Assembly: GCA_031459625.1 (NCBI GenBank)
Contig: JAVKIH010000006.1
Span: 30,972-94,971, forward strand
Reading direction: 5' to 3'
Length of the DNA stretch: 64,000 nucleotides
Source of the DNA: Candidatus Geohabitans tengchongensis
Lineage (GTDB): Bacteria; Sysuimicrobiota; Sysuimicrobiia; Sysuimicrobiales; Humicultoraceae
Made by a program: the position numbers and the translations under genes. How positions within the stretch are numbered: the stretch's first letter is position 1; the number at the start of each line of letters is the position of its first letter. Positions 55,912 through 64,000 of this stretch are shown here, piece after piece. The notes under the pieces are model-generated. The model was not told the origin of the DNA, made no database searches, and saw only the letters and a program-made list of their open reading frames with translations.

Positions 55912-57213
55912 TCACGGGCGGGCGGGCGCCGGCGCCTCCAGGTAGAGGAGGCCCGTCGCGTCGTCGTAGACCACGAGCTCGGCGTAGCGGCCCCAGTCGA
56001 CCAGCGTCTCCAGCTGGCGTTCCGCCTCGGCGGCTGGCAACTCCAGCTCGAGGGCGGCCCGCACCACTTCCCACGCCAGCTGCTGACGTGGGGCGGCTCG
56101 CAGGAGGCCGAGCAGCCACTGGACGAGCGGCAGCCGCCGCAGCCGGGCGGCGAAGATCTCCTTGCGCCCCGGGATGCTGGCCTCAGCGAACGTCTCGCCC
56201 AGCGGCGTGAGCGAGATGTCACCCTGCGCCACGGTGGCGAACCCCAGGAGCTCGGCCGCCTCGGTCAGGCGCAGGAGGTGGTCCGGGCCCACGCTAAGCC
56301 CGTCCTCCAGCCGGTACAGGTCGGCCCGACCGCCGGGGGCCTGGGCCAGGTGTTCCAGCAGCCCGGCCAGGTCGTTGATGGTGATGTGCGGGAGGATGCG
56401 CACCCGCCCCGGCTCGCCGGGGGCCACGCCCAGCTCCACGTGCTCCGGCTGCGTCTGGCCGGCCAGGATGGCATAGATCTCGTCGACCAGCGCCTGGAAC
56501 TCGGGTGCCTGGTGGCGGCGCGGGTGCGTCAACCTCACCGGCAGGTCGGCCACCACGCGCCCCGGTCCCTTCTCCATGCAGACGATGCGGTCGGACATGA
56601 ACACGGCCTCTTCGATGTTGTGGGTGACCATGAGGATGGCCCGGATGGGCAGCGTCCCGCTCCGCCACAGTTCCAGGAGCTCGCCACGCAGGGCCTCGGC
56701 GCTCAGGACGTCCAGGGACGAGAACGGCTCGTCCAGGCACAGGAGCTCCGGCTCGACGGCCAGAGCCCGCGCGAAGCCCACCTTCTGTCGCATCCCGCCC
56801 GAGAGCTCCCGCGGGTATGCGCGCTCGAAGCCGTCGAGACCCACCCGGTCCAGCAGCTCGATGGCCCGGGCGGCTCGTTCCGCCGGCGGTACGCCCTGCG
56901 CCTTCAACGCCACCTCGACGTTCTGCTGGACGGTGAGCCACGGGAAGAGGGCGAACGTCTGGAAGACGATGGTCGCCCCGGGGTTGACGCCCTGGAGCGG
57001 CGCGCCGCGGTAGAGGACGCTCCCCTGCGTGGGCGGCTGCAGGCCCGTCGCGATGCGCAACAGCGTGCTCTTCCCGCACCCCGACGGCCCTACCAGCGTC
57101 ACGAACGCCCCCTCGAACACCGTCAGGTTGATGTCCTCCACGGCCGCGAACCGCCGGGGGCCGGCCGTGTAGATCTGGCTGACGTGGCGCAGCTCGAGCA
57201 GGGGCGTCGTCAT
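55912..57213 (-). CDS. NitT/TauT-type ABC ATP-binding protein with C-terminal AAA-associated domain
   Basis: GPSGCGKSTL, LSGGMRQ, LDEPFS, VTH; C-terminal AAELLGF...DWGRYAEL. Confidence 0.9.
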   Translation of the reverse strand: MTTPLLELRHVSQIYTAGPRRFAAVEDINLTVFEGAFVTLVGPSGCGKSTLLRIATGLQPPTQGSVLYRGAPLQGVNPGATIVFQTFALFPWLTVQQNVEVALKAQGVPPAERAARAIELLDRVGLDGFERAYPRELSGGMRQKVGFARALAVEPELLCLDEPFSSLDVLSAEALRGELLELWRSGTLPIRAILMVTHNIEEAVFMSDRIVCMEKGPGRVVADLPVRLTHPRRHQAPEFQALVDEIYAILAGQTQPEHVELGVAPGEPGRVRILPHITINDLAGLLEHLAQAPGGRADLYRLEDGLSVGPDHLLRLTEAAELLGFATVAQGDISLTPLGETFAEASIPGRKEIFAARLRRLPLVQWLLGLLRAAPRQQLAWEVVRAALELELPAAEAERQLETLVDWGRYAELVVYDDATGLLYLEAPAPARP

Positions 57214-57216
57214 CGC

Positions 57217-58977
57217 TCAATCCATCCGGAAGGATTCCTCCGCCAGCCGGTACAGCCGCCGCCAGACCAGCCGGTTCACGGCCACGACGGCGAGGATCAT
57301 CGCCAGGGTCGCGGCCAGCAGCAGCGAGTAGTCCCCTCCGGCGGTGGCCCGGGCGATGAGCGCCCCAATCCCGGTGGTGGTGAGCGTGCGGCCGCCGAAC
57401 TCAACATACTCCGCCACGATGCTGGCGTTCCAGGCGCCGCCGGCGGCCGTGATCACCCCGGTGACGAGAAAGGGGAAGAGCGCGGGCAGCAGCAGCACCC
57501 GCCACCGGTCGGCGGCGCCCAACTGCAGCAGCGTCACGGTCTGCCGCAGCTCCGCGGGGATGGCTGCAGCCCCGGCGATGATGTTGAAGAGGAGGTACCA
57601 CTGTGCCCCTAGGAGCATCAGGACCACAGCGGCCACGGTGAGCCCGCCCGGGACTCCGGTCAGGATCACCAGGAGGGCGGGGAACACTGCGGTGGCGGGG
57701 ATCGAGGCGGCGATCTGGGTCAGAGGCTGCACCCACGCCGCCAGCCGCGGCCGCATGCCGATGGCCACCCCGACCGGCAACGTCCAGGCCAGGGCGACGA
57801 CCAGTGCGGCCGCCACCCTGGCGGAGGTGGCCATGAGCCCGAGGACGATGGCCGCCCACGACGCCGGGGGAACCCTGACCAGCAGGCCCACGGCGCGCGC
57901 CCCCTGCCACGCCAGCAATGCCGCTGCAGCCGTCAGCACCACCCGGGCGGCCCACCTCCAGGGGCGGCCGTGCGCTCCCAACGCCTCCTCGGCGCGCCAG
58001 CGGGTGCCGAGCCGGGTGTCGAGCCACTCGACGGCTGGCGCCAGCACCCGGTGGCCCAGCCACGCCGCCAGGGCGGAGGCCGACCACGCGTCGTAGAACC
58101 AGGACCGGGGAGGCGGAGACGCCTCCACCAGCTCCAGCTTGAACCGGTCGGCCCAGGCCAGGAGGGGCCGCCACACCAGCTGGTCCAGCAGGACGATGAC
58201 CAGCACCAGCGCGAGCAGGCCGCGCACCAGCGCCTGCACGTCGCCCTCGACCGCCGCCTGTTTGAGGTAGGCGCCGAGGCCGGGCAGCCGGAAGTCGCGC
58301 CGCCCGACGGTGAACATCTCCGCCGCCATGAGGAAGAACCATCCTCCCGCCCAGCTCATCATGCTGTTCCAGACCAGGCTGGGCGCGGCGAACGGCAACT
58401 CCACCACGCGCAGGCGCAACCAGGGCGAGAGGCGGAAGATGCGGCTGGCTTCCCGGAGGTCGGTGGGGACGGTGGTCAGGGCCTGGTACCAGGCGAATGT
58501 CAGGTTCCACACCTGGCTCGTGAAGATCAGCAGGACTGACGCCAGCTCAGCCGCCAGGGGGACCGGCAGCACCGCGCTCAACGCCAGGAGGACCACGGGG
58601 AGGAAGGACAGGATGGGGACGCTCTGGAGCACATCGAGGACGGGGAGGAGGATCCGCTCGGCGCGGCGGTTGTACGCGGCGGCGTAGCCGTAGACGAGGG
58701 TGAATCCCAGGGAGAGCGCGTACGCCGCGGCCATCCGGCTCACTGAGAGCCCCGTGTACCATGGAAGTGCCGCCGGGGCGAGGGTGATCGCAGGCCCGGC
58801 CGCCACGCCAGGCGCCCCCGTGGCCAGGCGTACGCCCACGGCCAGCACCGTGGCGATGGTGAGGACGACCACCGCGTCCGCCCACCCCAGGGCCCGCCAC
58901 ATGGGCTGCCCGGGGCGGAAGTGCTGGCTGGCCGTCGCTCCAGCGTCTCGGAGGCTCGCCTGAGGTCGGGGGGTCAT
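57217..58977 (-). CDS. NitT/TauT-type ABC permease with duplicated membrane domain
   Basis: LDVLQSVPILSFLP, WNSMMSWAGGWFFL, QWYLLFNII, GGAWNASIVAE. Confidence 0.9.
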   Translation of the reverse strand: MTPRPQASLRDAGATASQHFRPGQPMWRALGWADAVVVLTIATVLAVGVRLATGAPGVAAGPAITLAPAALPWYTGLSVSRMAAAYALSLGFTLVYGYAAAYNRRAERILLPVLDVLQSVPILSFLPVVLLALSAVLPVPLAAELASVLLIFTSQVWNLTFAWYQALTTVPTDLREASRIFRLSPWLRLRVVELPFAAPSLVWNSMMSWAGGWFFLMAAEMFTVGRRDFRLPGLGAYLKQAAVEGDVQALVRGLLALVLVIVLLDQLVWRPLLAWADRFKLELVEASPPPRSWFYDAWSASALAAWLGHRVLAPAVEWLDTRLGTRWRAEEALGAHGRPWRWAARVVLTAAAALLAWQGARAVGLLVRVPPASWAAIVLGLMATSARVAAALVVALAWTLPVGVAIGMRPRLAAWVQPLTQIAASIPATAVFPALLVILTGVPGGLTVAAVVLMLLGAQWYLLFNIIAGAAAIPAELRQTVTLLQLGAADRWRVLLLPALFPFLVTGVITAAGGAWNASIVAEYVEFGGRTLTTTGIGALIARATAGGDYSLLLAATLAMILAVVAVNRLVWRRLYRLAEESFRMD

Positions 58978-59278
58978 CGGCCATCGGCTCGGCTGGATCC
59001 CGCGGCTGCCCTATCACGCCTCACCTTGCCTTGAAGGGGGACTTCCCTATCACGACGCCAACTGGTCGTGGTGCCCGGATCCACGGTCCAGTTTGCCACC
59101 CTTCGGGCAGGGCGCCGGAGCCTCCAGGAGATGAGCGGAGTACACCAGTCACCACGCGAGGAGGTGATCCTCCTCTTGCTCCTCTCTCCGAGATTGGCAG
59201 TCCTCAGGCAGTACGGAGGAAGTCGGCGAGGCCCGCCCGAGGGGCTGTGCGCAAAGCCTTGATAGACGCGGGGTGTGG

Positions 59279-59354
59279 TGGCGGGCCCGGAGGGAATCGA
59301 ACCCCCGACCAGAGGCTTAGGAGTCCCCTGCTCTATCCACTGAGCTACGGGCCC
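59279..59354 (-). tRNA. tRNA-Arg (anticodon CCT)
   Basis: GGGCCCG acceptor stem, TAGCTCAGTGGATAGAGC D-arm, CTCCTAA loop, GGTTCGATTCC, encoded CCA; upstream TGCTAGAGT extended -10. Confidence 0.95.
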
Positions 59355-59385
59355 GCATCACATAACTCTAGCACAACCCCGGCGT

Positions 59386-61029
59386 TCACCGCGCCCGCCC
59401 AGGCAGGCGGCCCCGGCGGAAGTCCCGCAGGATCTCCCGGGCGGCGTTGTAGCCCGGCGCCCCCATGACGCCCCCGCCCGGGTGCGTCCCCGCCCCGCAC
59501 AAGTACAGACCTCGCACCGGCGTGCGGTACTGCGCCCACCCTGGCAGCGGCCGCATGCAGAAGAGCCGGTCGAGCGTCATCTCCCCGTGGAAGATGTCCC
59601 CGCCCGTCAGGCCGAAGGTGCGCTCCAGGTCGAGCGGCGAGAGCACCTGCCGGTGCTCGATCAGGTCCGGGAGGTCGGGAGCGTACTCCGCCAGGGTGGC
59701 CACCACCCGGTCGGCATAGGCCTCCTTCAGCGCGTCCCACGTCCCTTCGCGCAGCCGGTAGGGAGTGTACTGGACGAAGACCGACATGACGTGGCGGCCG
59801 GGCGGCGCCAGCGTCTCGTCGTAGGTCGTGGGGATGGTCACCTCGCAGAACGGGTGCTCCGAGGGGCGCCCCGCGCGGGCGTCCTCCCAGGCTCGGTCGA
59901 TGTAGGCCATCGAAGGGCCAATGTGGATGGTGGCCCGGTGCTGCGGTCCCGGCGTGCCGCGCCCCGTCCCGGCGCTCGCTGAAGGCGCCGCAGTGAACGT
60001 GGGCAGGCCCCGCAGCGCCAGGTTGATCTTCATCGCCACCCCTGCCATCGGGATGGCCTCGACTTCCCGCCGGAAAGCCTGGGGCAGCGCGGCGGGCGGG
60101 ACCAGGTGCAGGAAGGTCCGCCTGGGGTCGGCGTTGGAGACGACGGCGCGGGCCCGCACCTCCTCGCCGGAAGCGAGGACGACGCCCTCGGCCGTCCCAT
60201 CGCGCACGAGGATTCCGGCCACGGGCGCGGAGGTCCGCACCTCTGCCCCCTGCGCGCGCGCCGCCGAGGCGATGGCCTCGCTGAGCGTCCCCATCCCGCC
60301 GCGGACGAATCCCCACAACCCCCGCTTGCCCGCCGCCACGCCCATGGTGTGGTGCAGCAGGACGTAGCCCGTCCCCGGCGTGGAGGGACCGCCGCGCGCG
60401 CCGATCACGGCGTCGGTGGCCAGTGCCGCCTTCAGCTCCGGGGACTCGAACCAGCCGTCGAGGAAGTCGGCGGCGCTCTGGGTGAGCAGGCGCAGCGCGT
60501 GGGGCAGGTCCCCCGCGGGAAGGCGCAGGGCGCTGAGCCCCAGGGCGGCGAGCGCGAGGACGTCGGCGGGATGGCGCCGGACGATGTCGGGCGGCGTCCG
60601 GAGCAGCCACGGCTCGACGAAGGCGCCGAGACGCGCCATGAGGGCTTCGTAGGCCGGGTAGCGCTCCGCGTCGTGCCGGGAGAAGCGGGCGATCTCCTGC
60701 ACGGTGGCGTGCTCGTCCCGCCAGATGAAGAGCCAGCGCCCGTCGGGGAAGGGGCTGAAGAAGGCCGGATCCTTGGGCAGGATGACATAGCCGTGGCGGG
60801 CCAGCTGCAGGTCCCGCACGATGCGGGGCTGGAGCAGCCCGCAGAGGTAGGCGGCGGTGGAGACCCGGTACCCCGGCCAGACCTCCTCGGTCACACAGGC
60901 CCCTCCTACCAGGGGGCGGCGCTCCAACACCGTCACCCGCAGCCCGGCCCGCGCCAGGTAGGCAGCCGCCACCAGGCCGTTGTGGCCGCCGCCGACGATG
61001 ACGACGTCCCGCTCCTCTCTCACCGCCAT
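59386..61029 (-). CDS. Phytoene-dehydrogenase-like FAD-dependent oxidoreductase (COG1233/PYROXD2-like)
   Basis: GGGHNGL..AAYLA, VGGACVTEE, GGMG, GDIFHG, YRTP..GLYLCGAGTHPGGGV. Confidence 0.88.
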   Translation of the reverse strand: MAVREERDVVIVGGGHNGLVAAAYLARAGLRVTVLERRPLVGGACVTEEVWPGYRVSTAAYLCGLLQPRIVRDLQLARHGYVILPKDPAFFSPFPDGRWLFIWRDEHATVQEIARFSRHDAERYPAYEALMARLGAFVEPWLLRTPPDIVRRHPADVLALAALGLSALRLPAGDLPHALRLLTQSAADFLDGWFESPELKAALATDAVIGARGGPSTPGTGYVLLHHTMGVAAGKRGLWGFVRGGMGTLSEAIASAARAQGAEVRTSAPVAGILVRDGTAEGVVLASGEEVRARAVVSNADPRRTFLHLVPPAALPQAFRREVEAIPMAGVAMKINLALRGLPTFTAAPSASAGTGRGTPGPQHRATIHIGPSMAYIDRAWEDARAGRPSEHPFCEVTIPTTYDETLAPPGRHVMSVFVQYTPYRLREGTWDALKEAYADRVVATLAEYAPDLPDLIEHRQVLSPLDLERTFGLTGGDIFHGEMTLDRLFCMRPLPGWAQYRTPVRGLYLCGAGTHPGGGVMGAPGYNAAREILRDFRRGRLPGRAR

Positions 61030-61138
61030 GCTCCTCCCCCGGGGCCCCTCTGTGCCGCCCGGCCCCCTGAGAACCCCTGCCAGAACTTTCACGTATCGGC
61101 AGGTGAACAGGCTATTCCCCGAAAGGGGGGGGTCGCGC

Positions 61139-61936
61139 ATGGATGTCCGACGCCTCAGTGTCATCCTCCTGACCTGTGCGGTCCTCCTGGCGGTGCTGGC
61201 GGTCCCGGCCCGGGCTCACCACGAGGGCAAGGACCGCAAGTCCTTCGAGGTCGAGGGCGTCATCGTGGCGGTGGCCCACCACCAGCGGGCCTTCCTCCTC
61301 CAGGAGATCCGCCCGGGCCAGGACCGCTTCTGGGCGGTGCGGCTGCACCCGCGTGTCGAGGTCAGGGCCGACTTCGACGACGATGAGGACGATGACGACG
61401 CCGTGATCTTCATCCATCTGGGGAGCTGGCTGCGGGTCGGCCAGTGGGTGGAGGTCGAGGGACAGCTCCTCGGCAACGGGCAGGTCCTGGCCCGCGAGAT
61501 CCGCTTCGGCCGCCGCAAGGGTCGGGGCCCCATTATCATCGTGCCGCCTGGCGTGCAGCCGCCGGTGACTGTCCCGCCGGGCATCCAGCCCCCGCCGGGC
61601 GTGGTCCCGCCGGGCGTTCAACCACCGGTCAGGCCGTTCCCTGCAGCGCCGCAGATCCTCTTCCCGCCGGACGGGACGCAGATCGCCGCAGGGGAGTTCA
61701 CCGTCGTCGGGCGGACCCTGCCGGGAGCGGTCGTGCGGGTCGACGTGACGCTGGAAGTTTTCGGCCTGCAGTTCCCCATGAGCTCGGCCGAGGTCGTGGC
61801 CGACGCATCCGGTTTCTTCACCTACCCGGTGCGCCCCAGTGTCCGGATAGCCGGCGCCCTTTACCGCATCACCGTCCGGGCCCGCTTCAACGGCATCCTC
61901 TCGCCTCCGGCCTCGGTAGTCGTCCGGCAGCTCTGA
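61139..61936 (+). CDS. Secreted hypothetical protein: DUF5666-like beta domain, Pro-rich repeats, Ig-like domain
   Basis: Signal peptide (ARA), FEVEGVI...LRVGQWVEVEG...AREI, PPG(V/I)QPP x3, VVGRTLPGAVV...AD.SG.F. Confidence 0.6.
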   Translation: MDVRRLSVILLTCAVLLAVLAVPARAHHEGKDRKSFEVEGVIVAVAHHQRAFLLQEIRPGQDRFWAVRLHPRVEVRADFDDDEDDDDAVIFIHLGSWLRVGQWVEVEGQLLGNGQVLAREIRFGRRKGRGPIIIVPPGVQPPVTVPPGIQPPPGVVPPGVQPPVRPFPAAPQILFPPDGTQIAAGEFTVVGRTLPGAVVRVDVTLEVFGLQFPMSSAEVVADASGFFTYPVRPSVRIAGALYRITVRARFNGILSPPASVVVRQL

Positions 61937-62035
61937 GCGGTACCATCGTCCATGGAGGCGGCCGTGCGTGCAGGCGGCGTGCGGCCGCCCCGGCACCCCC
62001 AACGTTGGAGGGACGATGTCCAGGAGGTGAGGTGC

Positions 62036-62500
62036 ATGGCGCAGGTCCGTCAGGCGTCGGTGGTGTGGCAGGGTGACCTGATGAGCGGGAAAGGCGCTGT
62101 CAGCGCGCGCACCAGCGGACTCTTCCGTGACCTGCCCCTGAGCTGGCATGCCCGCGCGGAGGCCACCGAGGCGGGGCGGACCAGCCCCGAGGAGCTGCTC
62201 GCGGCCGCGCACGCCAGCTGCTTCGCCATGGCCCTGGCCAGCCGGCTGGCCCGGGCGGAGATGCCTCCTGAGCGCCTGGAGGTCTCGGCGACGGTCACCT
62301 TCGACCGGGTGGGCGAAGCCTGGCGCGTCACGCGTAGCCACCTGGCCGTCACCGGATGGGTGCCGAAGGGTGACGCGACGCGGTTCCGCGAGGCGGCCGA
62401 GGCGGCGAAGGAGAACTGCCCCATCTCGCAGGCGCTCAAGGGCAACGTCGAGCTGAGCGTGGAGGCCACCCTGGCCGCCCCGGCGCCGCGCACGCCGTAG
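62036..62500 (+). CDS. osmC: OsmC peroxiredoxin
   Basis: ASVVWQGDL..GKG, TSPEELLAAAHASCFAMAL, AKENCPISQAL. Confidence 0.92.
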   Translation: MAQVRQASVVWQGDLMSGKGAVSARTSGLFRDLPLSWHARAEATEAGRTSPEELLAAAHASCFAMALASRLARAEMPPERLEVSATVTFDRVGEAWRVTRSHLAVTGWVPKGDATRFREAAEAAKENCPISQALKGNVELSVEATLAAPAPRTP

Positions 62501-62606
62501 CGCCCGGGCTGGTGCAGGGCGATCCGCCGGCCACCGCCGGTGGGGACTGGCGGGCGGAGGACGCGCCGGCGGGGTCGGGACGGTAGAGTCACAGGGTCGG
62601 TCGGGC

Positions 62607-63353
62607 GTGGGGCGGCGTGACGTCCGCAAGAACCGGGCCTACTGGGACCGCGTCAGCGACCGCTACCAGGCGCAGCACGCCCCGCAGCTGAACACGCGCC
62701 CCCTGGCCTGGGGGGTCTGGTCCATCCCCGAGGACGCGGTGCGGGTGCTGGGCGGTGTGCACGGGCGTGACGTCCTGGAGTTGGGGTGCGGAGCCGCCCA
62801 GTGGTCTATCTTCCTGGCGCAGCGCGGTGCCCGCCCGGTGGGCCTGGACGCCTCGCCCCGGCAGCTCCAGCACGCCCGTCGGCTGATGGCAGAGACCGGC
62901 GTGCGCGTCCCGCTCGTGCTGGCTAGCGCCGAAGCCATCCCCTTTGGGGCGGGGACGTTCGACATCGTCCTCTCCGACCACGGGGCGATGTCCTTCGCCG
63001 ACCCGCGGCGCACCGTGCCGGAGGTGGCCCGCGTCCTCCGTCCGGGCGGGCTGCTGGCCTTCAACATCACGAGCCCGCTCGTCTACCTGTGCCTGGACGC
63101 GGAGGATCAGGTGACCGACCGTCTGCACCTGCCCTACTGGGAGCTCGGCCGGTTCGAGACCGAGGAGTCGGTCGAGTACCAGCTCCCCTACGGGGAGTGG
63201 GTCCGCCTCTTTCGCCGGCACGGGCTGGTGGTGGAGGACCTGATTGAGCTCCGGCCTCCCGCCGGTGCCGTCACGACCTACGATGACTTCGTCCCGCTCG
63301 AGTGGGCGCGGCGCTGGCCGGCGGAGAACATCTGGAAGGTGCGCCGGCTCTAG
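62607..63353 (+). CDS. Class I SAM-dependent methyltransferase
   Basis: NRAYWD, VLELGCGAAQ, GLDAS, IPF...FDIV, ARVLRPGG. Confidence 0.9.
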   Translation: MGRRDVRKNRAYWDRVSDRYQAQHAPQLNTRPLAWGVWSIPEDAVRVLGGVHGRDVLELGCGAAQWSIFLAQRGARPVGLDASPRQLQHARRLMAETGVRVPLVLASAEAIPFGAGTFDIVLSDHGAMSFADPRRTVPEVARVLRPGGLLAFNITSPLVYLCLDAEDQVTDRLHLPYWELGRFETEESVEYQLPYGEWVRLFRRHGLVVEDLIELRPPAGAVTTYDDFVPLEWARRWPAENIWKVRRL

Positions 63354-63438
63354 GTCAGCGACGGTGTGGAGGCCCGGGGGCCCCGCGCTGCGCCGGGATC
63401 ACTGGCCGCGCCGGCACCGCTGAAGGAGGTCAGGCTGG

Positions 63439-63513
63439 ATGGATCCGCTCGTCATCATCGGCATCCTCTTGCTGCTGGGCGCGCTGACCATTGCGATCCA
63501 CATCGGGATCTAG
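63439..63513 (+). CDS. 24-aa hydrophobic microprotein MDPLVIIGILLLLGALTIAIHIGI
   Basis: AAGGAGGT RBS 8 nt upstream; high-GC3 codons; single TM helix. Confidence 0.6.
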   Translation: MDPLVIIGILLLLGALTIAIHIGI

Positions 63514-64000
63514 CAGGGTGCTGAAAATCGTATGTTTATGAGAGTCAACCCCCTCATCGACCTCCGACCGGCTACGAGGTTGCGCTGGATGGCCTGGTCG
63601 CGGCCCCCCGGCCGCCCGGCACGTGGCCCGCTCGGGCCCCGGCAGCGCTCTGCGGCTTCATGCCGTCGCCTCGCTGAGGTTCCGGATGCGGATGAGGTTG
63701 TAAATCGCCGTCGCGAAGATGAAGAGCCACCGGGCTTTCAAAAGACCCCGGTAGCGCAGCTTCCGCAGCGGCCCTACGGTCTTCAGCCAGCCGAAGATCT
63801 CTTCCACCCGCTTTCGCGCGCGTTGGCTCAGCGCATAGCCCGGATGCCGGGTCGTCCGCCCGTCGATCGCACTCGCCCGACGGGTGGCATGCTGTGCCAC
63901 GTGAGGGGTGATGCGGAGACGGCGGACCCGGGTCACGAACTCCCTACTGTCATAGGCCTTGTCGGCGCCCAGGGTGATGCGCCGTCGTCCGGTGGCCACC
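63514..64000 (-). mobile_element. IS5-family insertion sequence, right end (partial)
   Basis: Terminal CAGGGTGCTGAAAA after a CTAG (63510-63513) candidate target site; altered codon usage. Confidence 0.75.
63658..64000 (-). CDS. IS5-family DDE transposase, C-terminal part
   Basis: TLGADKAYD, TPHVAQ, SAIDGRTTRHPGY..SQR.RKRVEEIFGW.K. Confidence 0.9.
   Translation of the reverse strand, partial: VATGRRRITLGADKAYDSREFVTRVRRLRITPHVAQHATRRASAIDGRTTRHPGYALSQRARKRVEEIFGWLKTVGPLRKLRYRGLLKARWLFIFATAIYNLIRIRNLSEATA

Noticed and set aside
58978..59275. c-di-GMP-I or M-box riboswitch fragments (GGCAAAC, GCAAAGCC, GAGGCTCC)
   Set aside because: The fragments are on inconsistent strands and I could not build the full consensus structure; needs cmscan.
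59276..59281. Encoded CCACCA after tRNA-Arg as a degradation mark
   Set aside because: CCACCA tagging is post-transcriptional; a genomic trailer would normally be trimmed, and the match is likely chance.
1..64000. CRISPR array, rRNA, prophage or integrase
   Set aside because: No regularly spaced repeats, rRNA signatures, or phage/integrase proteins were recognised.

Overview
Very GC-rich bacterial chromosomal window. The gene style suggests a thermophilic Armatimonadota/Terrabacteria-like lineage, but this is only a weak inference. Layout: (1) 1-7 kb, stress/metal genes: MEMO1-like, DUF3795, an hsp20-DUF2892-osmC-usp operon whose promoter carries a CsoR-type operator, a His-less CsoR/CstR-like repressor, ZIP transporter, sfsA, tRNA-Ser(CGA), GYD protein and a ferritin-like/VIT1 fusion. 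(2) 7-43 kb, a large sugar-catabolism region: xylose-type isomerase/ABC/xylulokinase, an orphan aldolase-oxidoreductase-kinase-epimerase operon, ribokinase, an L-rhamnose cluster, an RpiR/AlsE-like cluster with an uncharacterised PMI-like cupin, and an IclR-kdgK-eda-rbsD operon. A 4.4-kb cassette sits in reverse orientation inside the xylose genes: sigma70 promoter, fluoride (crcB) riboswitch with terminator, CPA2 cation:proton antiporter, and two overlapping MutS-domain-V-only ATPases with non-canonical Walker B motifs. This is the best candidate for an undescribed system (a Fluc/CLC-F-independent fluoride response). (3) 43-64 kb: nitroreductase, ChaB fragment, tandem 19/20-aa membrane microproteins, a HK-RR-RR/adenylate-cyclase module, aceA with a coupled Cys-rich small protein and divergent LysR, a decayed STAND-LuxR/cupin/OsmC unit, an SBP-less NitT/TauT-type ABC pair, tRNA-Arg(CCT), a phytoene-dehydrogenase-like oxidoreductase, osmC, a methyltransferase and the end of an IS5-family element. 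Family calls come from motif recognition by eye; no database searches were run.
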